64,000 bases of DNA from positions 1,082,183 to 1,146,182 of the forward strand of contig WELB01000005.1 of assembly GCA_009602725.1 (NCBI GenBank), in the 5' to 3' direction. Every line of letters starts with the position of its first letter. The first letter of the stretch is position 1. The position numbers were made by a program, and so were the translations under genes. The notes under the pieces were generated by a model, which worked only from the letters and a program-made list of their open reading frames with translations, was not told the origin of the DNA and made no database searches. This stretch comes from Spirogloea muscicola. Its lineage: Eukaryota. Shown here one piece after another: positions 29,313-43,300 of this stretch.

Positions 29313-30287
29313 CGGCGGGCGCAGCGGCCGCCGGCTGCGCCGCGTGCCAAGGGCGAGGACGCGCCTCGCGGCGCGGCGATGACGCCGGAGAGCGCGCTCA
29401 AGCTGCTCGGCGTCCACGAGGGCTGCACCTTCGACGAGGTCCTGAGGGCCAAGCGGGCGTCCCAGCGCAGCCACGCCAGCGACCACGAGCGCGTCACGGC
29501 GGTAGGAGCGCCTCCATGGCTGCCGTTGGGGGCCCTCGTGTTGGCCCTGCCGTGGCGGATCTTGCCGTGAGCGCGGCGATGACGGTGTCAGTGTCGTCTC
29601 CGCAAATGCAGCTGGAGACGGCGTACGACGTCCTCCTGATGCAGAGCCTGGCGCGGCGGCGCGCCGGCAAGGTCGTGGACAGCACCGTCCGCTTCGCCGA
29701 CGTGCGGCACCGGCGGCCCAGCGGCGTCTCCGCCGCCCCCGCGTGGCTGACCGGCGCGCTCAGGCGCGCGTCTCTCTCTCTCGGCAGCCCCTCGGCCGCC
29801 GACGTCGCGGTCCAGGCAGCCCTGTATGGGGCCCTGATGGCCTGGACCTTCACCGGCGGGCCCGACCCGACAGCCAGCTTCGGCAGCGACGATGCAGCCA
29901 TGCCGAGCATCCAGCTCGCAGCAGGCTTCGGCGCTTCGGTCTACCACCTCCGCAAGCAGAACGTGAGGCTTGGTGAGCAAGTCGACGACCCTACTCTGCA
30001 GTTGGCATTGCTGTGTCTCGGCAGGTGACCGTCACAACGGAGGACGATGCTTCTGTGCTCCTCTGGTGAACAGCTTACCTTGCGCGGCTGTCACTGGATG
30101 CCACATTTCAGGGAAGACGATCAGCATCAGCACCGGCGGCCTGGTGGTTGGAGCCGTCCTGGGGAGCCTTGCTGAAGCCTGGCTCCACGTCGAGCTCTTC
30201 CCGATCTCTGGGATCGATTCCCCTGCCATCGTAATAACCGAATTCACGCTCCTCTCCTTGTGGCTGACATCGACATACCTGCGCTGA
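29313..30287 (+). CDS. CPP1: Chaperone-like protein of POR1 (CPP1/CDF1, DUF3353); 5' end lost in an N gap
   Basis: MTPESALKLLGVHEGCTFDEVLRAK..|LETAYDVLLMQSLARRRAGKVVDSTVRFADV..QLAAGFGASVYHLRKQNVRLG|K..GGLVVGAVLGSLAEAWLHV..SLWLTSTYLR*. Confidence 0.9.
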
Positions 30288-31328
30288 GGCCTTCCTTCAT
30301 CTGGAGCAGGTTTGCAATGCAGCATGGCACCTAAGGCTGGGGCCTGACTTGTCACAATCTTCTCTGTATATACTACCATAGATCACAGTACAAGTTATAC
30401 ATGTTTATAGTAGAAGTATGTGAAAGCTTAGTAGGCATGTTCTTCTTTGGTCCCTGTTATCAGAATGTCATAAGCAGGCCATACCAAGGCCACAGGGAGC
30501 CTCTGTACAGATAGTATCCAGAGTGCGCTCCTTGCACTCATCGGGCTCCTCCGGCGCTTGTATAGACTCCGACAGCCAGCCATAGCTGCGTCACACATCC
30601 AGTCGTGTAGCCACCTCATTAGATAGACACTACTACCCCTTTTCCTTCTCATATGAGTGGCTTAATGTCACTGCCTCAAGATAGTGCAGATGTAGGTAGC
30701 TAGCTAGATGATATCGCAGATGCAGGTGGCTAGCTAGAATGATGTCCAATGGTTGGTATACAGCCAGATGGACTATATGGATTCACCTGTACATAGAGAT
30801 GGAGGGCCGATCACAAAACCATTGTTCGTCCGTACAACACAAGCCCCGATTATAACAATGTCATTCGCCTGTACAACACAAGCCCCTCGGACAGACTTTG
30901 CTAGCTCTGGATGCCAACGTGGTCCAAGCAACTGCACTGCCGAGGCGGCTTGCTTGTCACGTGATCAAGGTTTGCACATGGCCAGAGCCACGGGAAGTCG
31001 TTGGAGAAGTCAGTAGTGCATAATAGGTAGTGAGTAGTGCATAATTAGTAATAAGTAAGTAATAAGTAATAAGTAGTGCACAATAACCCATTTGGCGCCA
31101 GCTGTGACAAGTCGCCCGAGCGCCTCTGCTCGGGCCGCGAGCCGCGGCTGCGGCGGGAACACGGCAACCAAGGCCAGCGACGGCGCAGCACGCACGCCGC
31201 CGCGGCCGCTGCCGGCAAAGGCGGCAGATGCAGCGGCGGCGTGCTGAGGCTCAGAGGCTCAGCAACTGGCCGGCGGGCAGCTGTGGCCGCCCTGGGGCCG
31301 GCGCCGGGGCTGCGGCGCCTCGACGGCC

Positions 31329-34300
31329 ATGGAGGGCCTGGTGGAGCGCTGGCGCGCCCTGGAGGCAGCGGAGGACGCCGCCGAGCCTGAGGAGCACACG
31401 CGACTCAAGGAGCAGTGGTGAGCCGCTGCTCCATCGCCGGTTTAGGGTTAGGGACTTAGGGATTAGGGTTTGGGATTAAGGGTGTTAGTGCGCTCTGTGC
31501 ACAATTGCTGGCTCGGACGCTGCCAATGCCGCCCCAGGAGGCGGATGCGCTGCCTTTGCAATCTGGGGCTCTGCGGTTCACATCTCCGGCCCAACGCCAG
31601 GAACTCCGGCAATGGCTGCCGGTCGCGCCTGCCTGACACCGCATGCGCTGTAACGGCTCAAGTGGGACTTCCACGCCGTCACCTGATTTCGCCACAGTCG
31701 GTCATCTCCATTAACAGCATTGGCAGAGAGAGTGGCGGTTTCCTGCCGCTCTGAACTCGGGTCCTGACTTGGCCACGAGCTGGAATTGGGCTTCAGGGCT
31801 TAGAATTGACATGAAACCAAACCTAAAACATAAGCCCCTATAGTAAGCACTAACTTAGTACCAGGTCGAGTGCATCAGATCCGTGAGCTTCTGTTGTTAA
31901 GCAAGCTGTGCCAACGTCTGATCCGAATCCCCTGCCCTTAGACTGAGCTGTCCATTACGAGCTCTGCAGGTTCCATGAGGCCTTTGAGTTCGTGCAGGAG
32001 CTGCCCAGCGGCCGCCATGCATGGTGCCAGCACCAGGAGCTCATGCTGCCGCTCCTGGAGCCCTTCTACCACTACGACAGCCATGCGACGACGGCTGGGA
32101 GAGCCGGCCCGGAGTCGGACCTCGTCCTGCTGTGGCGGCGCGTCAAGGCCGACCTCGCGGCCTGCACGCGCTGCATCGCTGCGTACCACAGAGGCCAGGC
32201 GTACTATGCCCAGGAGTTCGAGGAAGAGGTGGTTGCGCCGCTGCTGGACGTCCTGCGGCGGCTGGATGCCGAGCGGGTGAGCGAGTGCTGCCAGTCCTTG
32301 CTGGCCAAGGTCGTCGCCAAGCAGTATGATCCCGTGCAGGACGGCGCCAGCAACATTTGCCTCATGTTTGAGGTGGGTCTTGGCCGCCCTCTGTGGACAA
32401 GGTTCCATCAATCCAACCCCCGAACCCTGATTTCCACGTCTTTGCTTTAGATACGCCATAGTACTGTCAGGTCTGGGCTGATTTGGACCACGTGGAAGTT
32501 GCTCAGCCTCTCTTGTAGCTCGTATAGTATGTTGAGTTTAAGCACGGGCTTCTGTAAGATCGTTCCATCTACTTACTTATGGAGCCCAGATTCAGCTCCT
32601 CTGACTGTTCCAGATTATTACAAATGCAGGTCCTGATATATCCTGCGCTGCTAGATGATGCCGAGGTCTTTGAGAGCTTCGGGCCTCTCCTGAAGTACCT
32701 GGTAGACACACACGACCTGAAGTTTGAGCCCAGGCAGAGCTACCCAGTGAGTGGCCTTCTTGGCATGCAGAGACTATTTCTTCAGAAATGTCTACGTTGC
32801 ACCCTCAGCGCATGTACATATTACAAGCGAGATTGCAATGTAGGTAAAGAACATGATAGCTTGATGCTCACAGCAAGCTCTGTGGTGGTATCAGACACAC
32901 AAGCTCAACAAATATGCTCATGCCAAGGCGCAAATACTAATTGCCACCAGACATTAGCAGCATACGCCCTTGTTTGTTCACCTACAATTACTGCTTACTG
33001 TCACGATGCCACAGCCTCAGCAAACGTTCATGTCCGCTGGTCTGCTGGTTAGGGCGTGTACTGGCTGCTTTTCCACCCGGATGCTGGTGTACGCAGAGCT
33101 GCACACACCCTGGCTAATGGCATTGGTAAATTTAGGTAAGCACACTCTGCGTTTCTGCCTTGGCAGCGTCACAAATGCCTCAAGTTGCGCTGTGAGGCAG
33201 AAGTGCCTTGAGAAGCCCGCAGTCTGCTTCAGACTCGTGTCAACACGTAACTTAACAGGAATTCTACCTCTTCTGGTCATGCAATCAAATAAATGACTTG
33301 TTGTCTGCTTGACGAGACGATGTGGTAACCCAGTCATGCTCTTGTATCTACATGTACAATCGGGTATTTATAGCTATTTGCACTAGGTGTGGCAATAGCA
33401 TCCCTGTACCTGCTCCCTAAAATTGAGAATTTGGTGCCTGGTGCCTCTAGGAATGGTGATAGCCTCAAGCCACTGGAGAAATTGATTCAACAATGCAGCC
33501 ATCAATTGGAGTTCGATCTATTTGGAGCTGAGACATTACACACTGTGACAGACCTGAAGCCAGGGGCTTCTCTTAGGAAGACCAGAGAGCCGCCATCAAA
33601 AGAAGTGCTCTGGCTGGGGTTGCAGCACCTGTAAGGTTGCAGCTTCTGTTATTGCCGTCAAGCTGTCTATTAGCACCTCATTGTGGAGTGCACAAAGTCA
33701 ATCGCATCACATGAGGACATCAATCTGGACAACCAGGCCTACAGTCTAAGTTGTTAGCTCTCTCTTGATTGCTCGTCCAGGATGGCACTTATGGAGCCGG
33801 CGGCTCTGGAGATGGGCTTGGTCAGAGAGCACCCTGCTCTTGTGAGCATTGTCATTAACCACGTGAGCGAGACCACAGCCGTCTTCTGGATTGCACTTCG
33901 CTGCCTCAGGCTGCTGCTAGAAATCTTAGGTCCGTCCTCAAACCAGCTACTCAGTCACAGGCTCACACCTATAAGTGCATGGATGTATCGTGCAATCCTT
34001 GGTCTTGTACTTCGAGGTGAAAGTTCCTTCCGCTTGGCAAGCACTTCCTTGAATGCTTCACTCGTGAGGCCAACAATATCCCCATTTCATGCATGAGTTG
34101 AGAGTGGTCTAAACAAGTGGAGAGCATATCTTTGTCTGGCTCAGTCACTAATCGCATGGCATGGCCTCCAGCTCATGTGCGTCTGTTACAGTGCTGTTGT
34201 CTTTGGCCAATGCTTGAAACCCTTGCTGAGGACAATGTTGACCTGTGACAGGTTACAAGCTGTGGATGCACACCACGTTTTCGGCAGGCGTGGTGCGCAA

Positions 34301-37300
34301 CACGATGCTGAGCCAGTGCTTCCATGTCACGGACGAGCGCACTCATACTGCCCTCTTTGACGTCTTCCAGCCTTTCCTCCAGGTGTGAAGCTAAGTGTGG
34401 GCGTAGAGCAAGCCTCAGAGCATGTTACCACTGGCTTCTGCTGACTCTGAGGCACCAGCATGCGATCGTCTACATTCAACATGTCAAGCAGTCTTGGCCG
34501 CTCTTCTGAGGCCACGCAAACGTGCTTTACATTGCAGAGCTCCCCAGTGGCTGCCTGCCGCACCTTTCGCATGAATGACACTCTGTCTTCCTACATACTC
34601 TGAATGAAATGCTTGACAAATTGACTTTGGCAAGTTTGTCTTGCTGAAATGAACTCATGCCTTGCAGTCACTGGAGGCACTGCAAGATCAAGAGTATCAG
34701 AGCGAGAGGAGGCGGGTGCTCTATTTTTTACTGCAGCAGGTCCCCGCAAGCAAGAACTTCCGGGCCATGTTGACCAAAAAGGGCCGGCAGGTAGTGCTGC
34801 TTGGCTCCTGTCATTTCTGCTGCTCAAGATCCTCCTGATGCAATGACAATCTATGGAGCCATTTGCCATGTGGAAATAATGGTCATCTGCTAATGGTCAT
34901 TCTTTTATCTGGGCTGGCCTCTGACAGCCACCGCTCTCTCCTGGAAGCGTCTATTCCTTCATCTGCTACTTGTCTATGTGATAGCTATATGACAGCGATA
35001 TTGGCTCTGTTGGTGGTTGCTTTAGATTGCCTTTGCGTTGGTACGGCAAGGCTACTTGCTGGCAACTCCATCGCCTCCAGTGGACTGCGCCCACATGTGG
35101 TAAGAGCAGCCCTTACATATCAGCTAGCAATTTACCACAAGATGCTGCAGGCTGAATGTAGCAACTTCTGAAGCAATATCTGTCTGGTGACAGCAGCAAC
35201 CACTGTTTTGCTTGAGGCAGTTCAAAGCTTGCTAGTTGTGCATATATGAGACCGCTGCGCGTATCTGCTCCTCAGGAACATGCCTTAGAAGAAGTTTGCA
35301 GATGGTGAACATAAATTCTTATATAGTTGTCAATATTGTGAGTATTAATTGTTACTCACTTCAAGTCATACTTGAACTTACAGGGGTCCTCTTCTCACAA
35401 CCACGCTCCAAGATCAGTCTCTGTATCCAGCCCTCCGGAAGGCAGCATCTGATCTTGCGGTAGCCATCCTCGCAGCAGACTCTGCAGCTCTCCTGGCCCT
35501 GTCTTTGCCGCCTTCGTCCAGTGCCAGCTCCTTCAACCTGGATGCAGCAGCAGACGATGGCCTGGTCAGGCTCTGCGAGCTGAGTGCAGGGGAAGCTACT
35601 GCATGGCGCGTAGTCCCCCTCCTCTGGACAGAGCTTCTCGAGGACGGCAAGCAGCTGCTGCTCTATCCCCAGGAAGTCGTGCAGCAAGCCTTCATTGCCG
35701 CCGGGTATATCTTGCTGGCGAGCATGGCATTGCCAAGGCTGACGAGCCCAAGTGGCCAATCACATGGGCAGTCCAATGGGCCCCTTGATGGTACGACACA
35801 GTTGAAGGCAGAGTCCTCAGCAAAGTCATGGGCCACAGCGAAGGGCGGCAATGATGGGGCGACGAGTGTGAACTCTGTCCTTGCTTCGAACCACTTGACG
35901 TGGTTGCTGGACCTAATCTTGTCGAGGTCAGGACAAGGCCGGCTCGCACTTCTCCACCTTGTGATCTTCAGATAAATTTTGTCATCTTGCTGTCATAAGA
36001 AGAGAGGATGTGAAGTGCTGGTCGATGATTGACTGACTCATGACGTTTTGTCCAACGTCATGGTGGAGTTGAGGGAGTAGAGACGGTCCTTAGAAGTGTT
36101 GCACAGGCACTAAGTCAGAGTCTATTGACTTGCAGGTGTTTACTCCCGCTTCTGACTGGTGTAAAGGCCAGCAGGATGTATGTGGCATGGACCTTTGATA
36201 GCAGGCTTGGCGAGACCATCTTCCTGCTGCTACTCCAGCCAGATCCAGTAAATTTCATTTCTCTTGTCATCCTCCATGCCATGCATTCCCACTAAGCTGG
36301 CATTAGTGGAGTACAGCTTCCAAGCACCAGCACAATTCGCCCTCTAGGCCTTCTGCTATTGTTCTGCTTTCTTTACAAGGAGATGCTGGAAATGATTATC
36401 TCGCATTCTGGGATGCTCTCAAGTTAGAAGAAATTGACAAGATGAAGACAAGCCGATGTGAAGCATTAAACGGTTCTTCGCATGATCTTACCATTCTCTG
36501 TTTTCTACTGGTGATCATCACCACAAGCAAGTCATTGCTCGTAGAATGCATATGTAATGCTTACGCCTCCTCTTATCCTGCCTCACCAGGCCCACCGGGA
36601 GCTTGGTCGGGAGATGTTAAAGCATTTCAGCAAGTGCGAGGACAGCATGTACAAAGGACTTTGTGCCCTCTATGGAACACGGCCAGAGGCAGCAGCTCTT
36701 ACTGCTGGTCTCAGCAAGGCCGTAACCATGGTACTTGATAGAGGCTTCTCCGTGTCATGCATCATGGGCGTCATGCTCATCTTTCTGAAGCTGTTATCTA
36801 TAGCAATATATGGGATGCTTCGGCCCTGCATCAATCTGAAGCTCATCAGTCTGGCTATTGTTAATAGCAATTGCAGATGAGGAGACTGTCAATAGCTTCC
36901 CTGGCGTGCAAACTGGCTCGCAGTCTGCAGATGTTTATACTGTGCTTCTCTGTGGCTCAAGAACTTCATTCAATGGTACATGTGACAGGTCCTGGGTCAG
37001 CCGTTGCATCTCATAACTCAGCTTGCTCAGAATATCCTCTTCTGTGCTGGAACATTGCTTCGAGATAATGAAGACCTCCCAGCACCGCTTCCAGATAGCA
37101 AGGGTCCACAGGAAGTTGTTGCACCAGGAGGCTTTCTTAAAGACTCAAAGTTCCATTCAGACAGTCATAAAGTACATCCTGTTATGAAGGAGGACAAGAC
37201 AAAGGCAGTTGTCAGTGGGTGCTGGAGAGAGCTACAGTCGAGCACATCCAACCTTGTCTGGCCCCTGCTTGTGGATGTCTTACAACAAGGATTGGCTGAT

Positions 37301-40300
37301 TCAGAGAACTCAACATATGATGTAAATTTTCCTTAAGCCTTCTCAAACATCAAAGTGTTCAGGCCTCAACTTGTGCAACTTTCTTCACAATGTCAGCTTA
37401 TCCAGTTCCTGCTGCCTCTTTATGATGCTCCTCCTCAAGTCAGCCAATGCTCTACATTAATAGCTAGATTTGACTCCTGCATTCTTGTCGGTGCCAGTGA
37501 CCTTGGTTGACAATTGCCGGTCATATTGCCTACATCTGGCTTAATATTATCCCGGCGCTAAAGACGTGCCCATTGCCACATACAACCCTTTTAGCTCGAG
37601 TTGTGCAGATTGAGTAGCTTAGCCTGCCTCAGAAGCGTGCACTTGCTGGTGCAGCTCATGTTTGGGAGAGTTCTGGAGGTCTTGCCGCTAGCATGGAAGC
37701 ACGTCAACATTGAGAAGGTCATTGGAGCAGACTGGTCCTGGCTGGAGTCGCTCCTCGCTTGGGGCTTGGTGGCATCTCCGTCAGTGAGGAGGAGGTGGCC
37801 CGAGGCCGCACTTCCCGTGCTGCAGGACATGAAGAGCCGGGAGTGCACATTCTCGCAGCAGATGGGCTACGTTGCCCAGAAGCTACTTGCTGCTGGTGAG
37901 TGCAACCCACGCTTCAAATTCCAATGGCAAGACATGTCAACATCTTGTCTGTGGATCTTATATGGCCACATGTTACTAGTCGTAATTTCTCTACTAGTCG
38001 AAGTGTGTGTGCCCTGCTCTGTTCACTTCCTGGTGGTGGTTCTACTAATTGTTACATTGCTCGGCTGTGCTGCAGGGACCAGCCTCAGCGACAGCTCGCG
38101 CCTGGCGCTGTCCGCGCTCTTCCCTTCAGCCGCTCCCGGCAACATTGGCCGTGGGCTGTTGGCAGACCTCCCTGCTCGCTTCATACCGCCTCCTGAGGCC
38201 CGACGTGTCAGCCTGGGAACCGAGGCCGATGGCCGAGAGTCGGCGCAACGGGAGCTGGCAGTCATTGACTTGACAGAAAAGGGAGACCAGGGTGCTAAGC
38301 GTGGACACCGGAGTAGTGCCTCTCGAGTACTCCCGGAGATGGAATTGGAGGACGAGCAGGACGACGTGGAGAGGCAGCAGAGGTTCCTGGGGCCCCTCCT
38401 GGGCTTGGCGAAGCAGCGCAGTGTTGGGAATGACTTCTGGAAGGTGGAGGGCGAGATGGAGAGGGAGGACAGGGCGAGGATGGACGCGGAGAGGGCGGAG
38501 AGCCATCGGACGGCCACGACGAGCGGCGTGACCGAGCGTGCGAGAGCGCCTCCGCCGCAGTTTAAGCGGCCTGAGGCCCTTAACAAGGCCCTTAGGCAGG
38601 TGCCTCCATCACGACCGAGCCCGAGGGACGTAAATGTGGCTTTCAAGAGGCCGGTTGTATCTGGGCACGGCAAGCTGGCAAGCCTGAGGGCTGAACACAG
38701 GGCCGAGGCGGCTGTGGTCAGAGGTGCAGGTCCGGCAAGTCACGGCATCTATCTCGGCGCTCTCAAGCCGCATGTAGGGGTAGCAACGGAAGAGCCCACA
38801 AGGTCCGCAGACCCGCAGACTGAAAGAGCCACTTATGAACGGGGAGCTGCTACACAAAGCGGTATCAGACATTTCTCCTCCGCTATTGCAATTTCAACGA
38901 GCTTCGTCAATCTATTTGATTGATTATCTGCTTATTATGTCACAAAGATTGTGTAGGCCAGAATGGAGTTGCTCTTGACATGCCTTGCATCTTAACCTCA
39001 ATCTGACCTCCCCTTGCCAAGCTTCCTGTCAGCTGCAGGTCAGGTGAAGCGGCAAGTCATCCAGCTGGGCGTGCCTGGGCAGGACGGTGCAAAGCCAGGG
39101 CTGCAGGGCTTGCGTAGAAACAAAGCAATCCTTCGCCGGCCACCCCCTCGCCTGGACGACTGGTACAAGCGCATCTTGGTCCTGGACTACTTTGAGGTCG
39201 TGGGCCTGTCATCACATGGAGGCGGAGAAGCAAACCAAAACCATCAGATGTCGCGAGTGCCTATTATATTCCAATCAATTGAGCATTATGTGGATGTAAG
39301 AATGCCTGCCCCGTCAAATCCCTGATCAATTTGTTAGTAATTGCTTCAGAACTAGTACCTATAGTGAGGGATCTTACATGCTTGCTGCTTGCTACTTAGT
39401 CATGACTTGCTTATTGTGTATGTGATGTGCTTCCTTCTCAGTCAACTGCTAAGTGGTTGCTATAGCAGATTAGCATGTGTACGTGTTTGCAGGTACTAGT
39501 CCTTACATAGGTCAGGACCAGTGAGAGCGAATATGCTGGTGATCAGCCCCAAGCCACCTATTCTGCTGCTACTGAAGAACGAGAATGTGCAGCTTTAAAC
39601 TTGCATAATCCCTGTGATTCAATTTGGTGCCCATCTGTGCAGGTGTTCCGGCCTCTGTTGCTGGAAGAGCTACGTGCTCAGCTGCGCCGCAGCCACGAGG
39701 AGTTGCCTGCTCTGAGTCAGTCAGGAGGCGCGGACGGAGCCTTCTGCATACGGCTGATGTCTCTGGAGCGGGTGGACGACTTCCAGATGGGCCGCTTCCG
39801 GGCTGATGCAGGCCCTGCTGACGCCGCCGCTCGGCAGTGCTCCGACTCTGACCTCCTGCTTCTGTCGAAGCTGCCAGTCCTAGCGGGAGGGCCACCTGGC
39901 CCTGCCGGTAGCACCCACCTTCTGGCCCTTGTAAGTTGTTGGGCAAGGAAAGTAAAATGAAATCCGTCTATTTACTCACAACCACCATCATTGTCGTCTC
40001 CCCCATCTCCGCCATTGTCAACGTCAACAGATAAATGCTGCACATGCTAGAGTCGTATATACTGCATCAGGCAGATGACCCTGGTGGACCTTGTACAACT
40101 GCTTCCCCATACAGATTGGGAACTTTGCTCGCTGAAAGACATTGAGGTGCCATGTATTGCAGGTGGATCGCAAGGACAGTGAAGGTGGCCACACCAGGGC
40201 CACCATACTGCAGCTGAGGCTCTTCCTCCCATCCGACAGCGGCCGGTTGACTGTGGTCGGCCGGCAGATGGTCAACCGCTCCAAGTGGCATGCCGTGCGC

Positions 40301-43300
40301 CTGATCAGCCTCACGCCCCAAGTCCGCGAGTTCCAGGCCCTGGCGGCGCTGCACGTGCTGCCGTTGGCATCTCTGATCCTTGGAACGCCTCGTGGCGCTG
40401 GACAAGAACGTAGGCCCGGCAGCTACGGCAAGCGCCTGGAGGAGCTGCCAGACGGACTGAGAAGCCGACTGCAGGCTGAGTACAACCTCAGCCAGCTGGC
40501 AGCGGTGGAGGTTGCGATCGCGCAGGCGGCCTCGCTCGCCTCCTCGGCTTCTTGCCATCAGCTCATGCTGGTCCAGGGCCCTCCAGGTGAGGCGAGGCCC
40601 TATCCTGGGCGCCTGAGCTGCAACAACCAGGCACCTGCAATGCAGGAGGCTGGGCATGTAGCATGCTGCATGTTGCATGAGGTGCTTGTGAATTAAGGCC
40701 TATTGTTCTTGTGATAACAATTCAGGTGCAGTTATGTAAGCATTCGTAGCTGTCTAGGCTGCTGCGCATCTTTGGATTACAGCCACAGACTTTCAAAAGA
40801 TATCCTTGCAACTCCAAATTTAAGTCCAGCTAAACAGCCGCTTTGCTGTTACTCACCTTTGTGTTGCAAATAGTTTATTTACACCACTTCAAAGCCCTTC
40901 CTACGTCCTTACAGGCACAGGGAAGACAAAGACCATCGTGGGCATCGTGAGCTCCCTCCTGGCGGTGAAAAGCCGAATCTGCTCAAGAAAGAATCAGAGC
41001 TCATCATCATCGGATATGCGAGGTGGACCGACAGCAGCAGCGTTGTCGCCTTGGCAAGCTGCAGCAATGGCGAAGTACCTGGCTGAGGAGGACAGCCGAG
41101 TAGGGGAGATGACCCACAACGGCAAGGGGAGCCATGGCCGCGTCTTGGTCTGCGCCCAGTCGAATGCTGCCGTGGACGAGATTGTGGCTCGGATTGCGGT
41201 GAGGGGCCTCTACGACAGTAATGGGGAGCCGTTCACGCCGAGCCTGGTGCGCACTGGCAACAGCCGGACTGTGCACCCCGACTCCATGCCGTTCTTCATC
41301 GACCGTATCGTGGACGAGCGAGCGGGCTGGGGAGAGGGCGGGGCAAGGGTCGACGGGAGAAGGGAGGGAGGGGGCGAGGCCACGAGGGATCTGCGGCGGG
41401 AACTCGAGAGCACTATCAACGACATCCAGGAGACGGAGGCCAGGATCTCAGCGCAGGAGGACCGCGAGCAAGGTGCAAAAGTGGAGATGGAGAAGGAGGA
41501 GGATGTTGGGGCAGGCCATGGTTGCGGCGAGCTGTCCAAGGCCAGGCTGAACCTGCTTTACCGGAAGCGGCGAGAGCTGAGCGGCCAGCTGGCAAGCGCG
41601 GAGCGAGAGGAGCGCAAGGCTGCAGACGAGGGCAAGGCGCGGCGGCAGGCCATCCGGCGGGAGGTGCTGCGCACGGCGGAGCTGGTCGTGACGACCCTCA
41701 GCGGTTGCGGCGGCGACCTGTCCACGGCCTGCAATGACTCAGCCACCGCCATCCGGGCGGGGAAGGAGGTAGAAGGGGAGGCGCTCTTTGACGCCGTCAT
41801 CATCGACGAGGCAGCGCAGGTGCTCATGGATAACATAAATGCTGCTCAATTCCAACATAATTGAGTTATACACAATTAAGGACATGAGCAGAGACATGAC
41901 ATGACATAGGGAGCAGAGCCTGCCTGGTCATTTCGTCCCAAGACGTTATATGATTGCGCGTCAGTCAGTCAAATCCTTGTCTGGCATCCAGCAGAAGTAC
42001 TGAAGATGATGTTGCATCGAGCAGGCTCTGGAGCCGGCAACCCTCATCCCTCTCCAGCTTCTGGCTGCCCGGGCGCAATGCATCATGGTGAGTGCCCCGC
42101 TTATGTCAGTACAGCTCTGCTTCTATTTCGTCTAGTAACTCTACATGGAGGGTACTTATTACCAAATGCTTGGCAATCTCTGGTGGAGATGATCTATGAT
42201 TTTGTTTACAATTCTAGTCAACGAACAAATTTGTGGTCCAGCTTCGTTTCAACAACGTGATTTCCCTCTTATCTTTACTATCTTCACTTTCCTACTAGCA
42301 TCAGTTACCTGATTTCTGGAACAGGCACTTCTCATCACTCTGAGCTCAGTGGTTTGCTCAGCATGTTTACGATCTCACCTGCATCACAGCAATGCTCAAA
42401 GCGCAAGGCGTTTGCGGTCATTTACTGAGCATTGATATTGTTATGCAGGTTGGGGATCCGAAGCAGCTTCCTGCTACGGTCTTGTCACAGTCGGCTTCCA
42501 AGTTGGACTATGATCGCAGCATGTTCGAAAGGCTGCAAGTTGGGGGCCACCCGGTAACACTACTCAGCAAGCAGGTATATTAGCACGATGATCCTGAACG
42601 AGCACACTGTGACGAGGTGGTTGAGGATGTAATTCTAGGAATGAGTGTAGAGTCGTTTGGCATGCAGGCTGTGATCCATGAGTGCTAAACTGACATTGGC
42701 CTCGACTGCCCATTTGCTTGCTGTGTGTAGTACCGCATGCACCCAGAGATCCGGCTGTGGCCCTCGGCTTACTTCTACAACGGCCTACTGGAAGACGGCG
42801 AGGGCATCAATGAGGCAACAAGGCGGGCGCCCTTCCACGCGACTGCGACGTTCCCCCCTTATGCTTTCTTTGACATCCGGGACGGCGCAGAACGGAAACG
42901 CAGCACGTCGCTCTGCAATGATGCAGAGGCAAAAGCTGCTCTGGCTCTATTCCAGGCCCTGAAGTCCAGGTGCCGATTCACGCTGGGCCTTGCTTGGCAT
43001 GACAACCAGATGGAATGTGAAGCATTTTGGACTAGTGACATCCTTGTATGGCCAATAACCTGAGGCAGAGCTGGACCATTGATTCAGTCTCCTTCTAAGT
43101 TCTTACTAACCTCTACTAACTTACTAACAACTTACTAACTGCTTCAAATCTGTTATCAGGTATCCCCAAGAAATTACGCCTGGGCGCTTTGGCATCGTCA
43201 CGCCGTACAAGCAGCAGCTGGAGCTCCTGCGCAGCACGTTCCGTCAGGCGCTGGGCGCGGCGGGCGCCGCCGACCTCGAGATGGCCACCGTGGACGGCTT

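Noticed and set aside
30685..30890. CRISPR-like repeat-spacer pattern
   Set aside because: Only two copies of each repeat, eukaryotic context, no cas genes.
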